DNA of 64,000 nucleotides, from NCBI GenBank assembly GCA_021773335.1, contig JAJFKG010000006.1, positions 99,409 to 163,408 on the forward strand, written 5' to 3'. The stretch is from Gammaproteobacteria bacterium (GTDB taxonomy: Bacteria; Pseudomonadota; Gammaproteobacteria; JAJFKG01). The position numbers were made by a program, and so were the translations under genes. Numbering within the stretch: position 1 is the stretch's first letter; each line of letters begins with the position of its first letter. Below the pieces are notes generated by a model. The model was not told where the DNA came from. It worked only from the letters and a program-made list of their open reading frames with translations, and searched no databases. Positions 61,092-64,000 of the stretch are shown here, piece after piece.

Positions 61092-62597
61092 ATGCAACAA
61101 TCCTCTATGCTTGAATCGAATAATCAGCCAAGCGCTGTAGAAAACTCGCGCCAGCCACGCGGCTTGTATGTGCTGTTTTTTACTGAAATGTGGGAACGCT
61201 TTGGCTATATGGCTGTGCAAATGTTATTGGTTCTCTATCTGATCAAGAAATTTCATTATGCCGATACACATGCTTATACGCTATTAGCAACCTTTGATGT
61301 ATTGCTGTTTACCACACCAGTGATTGGCGGCTACCTTGCTGATCGTTATTTAGGATTTCGTAAAGCCATTTTTATCGGGGGTGGCTTATTAACGCTAGGT
61401 TATTTTGGCTTAGCTCTCCATGGCTACGGGCACATCTTACCACTGTCTTTAGCTTGTCTAGCTGCTGGTAATGGATTGTTTAAAGGTAATGTCTCTAGCT
61501 TACTGGGTACGTTATATTTAGCGAATGATTTTCGCCGAGATAGTGGCTTTACTTTGTTTTATATGGGTATTAATCTCGGTACATTTATCTCAAGCCTGAT
61601 CTGTGGCTACGTAGCGATAAAAATAGGGTGGGGCTACGGATTCGGATTGGCTGGCGTTGGTATGTTGATTGGTATCTTGACATTTGCTCTAGGACAAACG
61701 CGCTTAAAAGGCAAGGGTCTCCCTCCCGAACCTAGTGAACTGGCTTCACCCCGCTTTTTATTCTTGGGAGTAAAGCACTTTATTTATATCGGCATTACTG
61801 TAGCTATTTTTATTATCGCGCTTCTTATCGAACATAGCGCTATCGTAGACTGGGGTTTAGTCATTTTCAGCATGCTGACTCTTATCTATGTCATTTCGCT
61901 GGCATTGCAACAACCGAAACAACAGCGTAATAAATTATTCGTGCTATTGCTGTTAATGCTTTTCTCCATTGTATTTTGGGCCATCTATCAACAAATGTTT
62001 CTATCCAGTACGTTGTTTATCAATCGTGAAGTCAACCGCCATGTGTTTGACTGGCTAATTCCCACCCCCATGTTTACCGCTCTTAATCCATTCTTAATTA
62101 TTATTTTTGCACCGTTGTTGGCTGTACTTTGGATGAAATTATCAAAACATAAACGCAACATTTCGATCGCGGGGAAATTTGCATTAGCCATGCTCATGAT
62201 TGGCTTAGGCTATTATTTATTGGCTTATGGTATTTCTAGTGCCGCTAATAAGGCAGCCGTTGCTGTCTATTGGGTTTTCATCTGCTATTTTTTGCAAACT
62301 ATAGGTGAACTTTTCTTATCACCGATTGGCTTATCTGCTGTTACATCGCTGACACCACCGCGCTTTGTGGGCATGATGATGGGTGTTTGGTTTCTATCAT
62401 TCGCGGCATCTAATGCCTTGGCAGGCAAGCTCGCAAATTTGGCCAATATCCCAAAAACAGAGACTGACCCTGTTCTCCTCGCTAGCACTTACCACCATGT
62501 GTTTACGATATTTGGCTATCTCGGCATAGGTATTGGTATTTGCTTGCTTCTATTGACACCCTTGCTAAAAAAAATAACCGACAAGCAAAACACGTAA
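61092..62597 (+). CDS. proton-dependent oligopeptide transporter (POT/PTR2 family; DtpA/DtpT-like)
   Basis: FTEMWERFGYMAVQMLLVLYL matches the PTR2 signature ExxERFxYYG. It is a 501-aa, 14-TM type. Confidence 0.85.
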   Translation: MQQSSMLESNNQPSAVENSRQPRGLYVLFFTEMWERFGYMAVQMLLVLYLIKKFHYADTHAYTLLATFDVLLFTTPVIGGYLADRYLGFRKAIFIGGGLLTLGYFGLALHGYGHILPLSLACLAAGNGLFKGNVSSLLGTLYLANDFRRDSGFTLFYMGINLGTFISSLICGYVAIKIGWGYGFGLAGVGMLIGILTFALGQTRLKGKGLPPEPSELASPRFLFLGVKHFIYIGITVAIFIIALLIEHSAIVDWGLVIFSMLTLIYVISLALQQPKQQRNKLFVLLLLMLFSIVFWAIYQQMFLSSTLFINREVNRHVFDWLIPTPMFTALNPFLIIIFAPLLAVLWMKLSKHKRNISIAGKFALAMLMIGLGYYLLAYGISSAANKAAVAVYWVFICYFLQTIGELFLSPIGLSAVTSLTPPRFVGMMMGVWFLSFAASNALAGKLANLANIPKTETDPVLLASTYHHVFTIFGYLGIGIGICLLLLTPLLKKITDKQNT

Positions 62598-62606
62598 GGC
62601 AGCAAC

Positions 62607-64000
62607 ATGGCAAAATATCAAGATAAAACACTAAGACTAGAGGAACTGCTCAAGCAACGCATACTTATACTTGATGGCGCGATGGGTACGATGATTCAGC
62701 AGCATCGCCTCACCGAAAACGATTTTCGCGGCGAGCGCTTTGCAAAACATGCTTGCGATCTCCAAGGCAACAATGATCTGCTATGCCTCACTCAGCCTGA
62801 TATTATTACCGCTATTCATGGAACTTATCTCACTGCTGGCGCAGATATTATTACCACAAATACGTTTAATGCTAATGCTGTCTCCTTGGCTGACTACGCC
62901 ATGCAAGATTTAGTTTATGAAATCAATTTTCAAGCAGCGCAACTCGCGCGCCAAGCCATCAAAAATCTAAACACCACTGAGCCTAATAAGAAACGCTTTA
63001 TCGCTGGGGCACTCGGCCCCACTAACCGTACTGCGACTTTGTCACCCGACGTCAATCGCCCTGAACTGCGTAATGTTAGTTTTGATGACTTAATGTCTAC
63101 CTACCGTACCGCGACGGAAGCTTTAATTGCCGGCGGCGTCGATCTCTTATTAATAGAGACTATTTTTGATACCCTCAATGCGAAGGCAGCTATCTTTGCC
63201 GTTAAAGATTATTGCGCAGCACATCAGCTCAATATTCCTTTAATTATTTCTGGAACCATAACAGATGCCAGTGGCCGCACCCTATCAGGTCAAACCCTGC
63301 AGGCATTTTGGCATTCAATCTCACATGCCAACCCACTGGCTGTTGGCTTAAATTGCGCATTAGGTGCAGAACAATTACGCCCGTATTTAGAAGAACTCTC
63401 ACAAATTACAGACACCTATGTCAGCGCACACCCTAATGCCGGCTTACCCAACGAATTTGGTGAATATGATCAGACACCGGCACAAATGGCTGAGCTGATC
63501 AGTGATTTTGTGGATAATGGTTTTGTGAATATCGTCGGCGGCTGTTGTGGCACAACCCCCGAGCATATTGCCGCTATCAGCCAAACCGTCGCAGGCAAAA
63601 CACCACGTACACCACCACAACTTCCGCAACACTGCCGCCTCAGTGGCTTAGAGGCTTTGACGATTACACCACAAAGCTTATTCGTGAATATTGGCGAACG
63701 CACCAATGTTACTGGCTCTGCGCGTTTTGCCAAACTTATCAAAAATGAAGACTATACAGTGGCACTACAAGTTGCTAAACAGCAAGTTGAAAATGGCGCA
63801 CAGGTCATTGATATCAATATGGATGAAGGCATGCTTGACTCTGCCGCAGCCATGGAGACATTTTTACATTTAATTGCGAGTGAACCTGACATTTGCCGTG
63901 TTCCAATCATGCTCGACTCATCCAAATGGTCAGTGATCGAGACTGGACTGAAATGCATTCAGGGCAAAGGCATCATTAATTCAATCAGTCTTAAAGAAGG
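62607..64000 (+). CDS. metH: cobalamin-dependent methionine synthase MetH, N-terminal part (homocysteine-binding and pterin-binding domains); it continues beyond the window
   Basis: [35 protein letters not shown]...[29 protein letters not shown]... aligns with the E. coli MetH N-terminus. The reading frame stays open to position 64000. It is not in the ORF track because no stop falls in the window. Confidence 0.9.
   Translation, partial: MAKYQDKTLRLEELLKQRILILDGAMGTMIQQHRLTENDFRGERFAKHACDLQGNNDLLCLTQPDIITAIHGTYLTAGADIITTNTFNANAVSLADYAMQDLVYEINFQAAQLARQAIKNLNTTEPNKKRFIAGALGPTNRTATLSPDVNRPELRNVSFDDLMSTYRTATEALIAGGVDLLLIETIFDTLNAKAAIFAVKDYCAAHQLNIPLIISGTITDASGRTLSGQTLQAFWHSISHANPLAVGLNCALGAEQLRPYLEELSQITDTYVSAHPNAGLPNEFGEYDQTPAQMAELISDFVDNGFVNIVGGCCGTTPEHIAAISQTVAGKTPRTPPQLPQHCRLSGLEALTITPQSLFVNIGERTNVTGSARFAKLIKNEDYTVALQVAKQQVENGAQVIDINMDEGMLDSAAAMETFLHLIASEPDICRVPIMLDSSKWSVIETGLKCIQGKGIINSISLKE

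Noticed and set aside
1-64000. CRISPR arrays, integrases, transposases, phage genes, toxin-antitoxin pairs, restriction-modification genes
   Set aside because: I searched by eye for direct-repeat/spacer periodicity and for hallmark protein motifs (DDE, tyrosine recombinase R..HxxR..Y, Cas HD/RuvC) in all six-frame ORFs longer than 60 aa. None were found. The only repeats are the REP palindromes.

Overview
Organism and overall content: this 64 kb window looks like chromosomal DNA from a moderately AT-rich gammaproteobacterium, and is gene-dense on both strands. The presence of Pht-like MFS transporters next to pyrB, deoB and tdk is reminiscent of Legionellales, but the taxon cannot be fixed from sequence alone. 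I found no rRNA, tRNA, CRISPR array, transposase or integrase. Most genes are housekeeping and can be recognised by direct comparison with well-known E. coli or Pseudomonas proteins. These include efp with epmA and epmB, scoAB, hslVU, argS, uvrD, metK-ahcY-metF-metH, gshAB, speA and speE, dsbA, dsbB, engB, srkA, pyrB, deoB, folBK and tdk.

Non-coding signals: the clearest signals outside coding regions are these.
1. A textbook TPP riboswitch on the minus strand (about 59983-60073) in front of a ThiXYZ-like ABC importer.
2. An RsmY/RsmZ/CsrB-like small RNA on the plus strand (about 60600-60706). It carries at least four stem-loops with AGGA or GGA in the loop, including a near-perfect CsrA SELEX site (ACAUGGAUGU). 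It ends in a clean rho-independent terminator and is preceded by a TTGAG-N7-CTCAA palindrome.
3. Two clusters of enterobacterial-type REP palindromes (11996-12250 and 57130-57310), plus a degenerate solo copy (3823-3850).

Candidate accessory or under-described loci:
- Two AT-rich membrane-protein genes are translationally coupled to epmB.
- A TPR-GT9 gene lies head-to-tail beside an icmF (fused isobutyryl-CoA mutase) gene that overlaps an FkbM methyltransferase gene by 4 bp.
- Two small membrane proteins are coupled to a third Pht-like MFS transporter.
- A pterin cluster (folB, folK, a folM-like reductase, a PTPS-like gene lacking the usual catalytic Cys, and an SDR).
- An orphan GCS2-family carboxylate-amine ligase next to uvrD.
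- A rare T. ferrooxidans-type gshA.

Limits of this analysis: I could not run any searches, so all product calls rest on motif and alignment recognition by eye. Start codons in several genes (hslU, hslV, tdk, the SH3 protein, rsmE, yqgF) are inferred and flagged as such.
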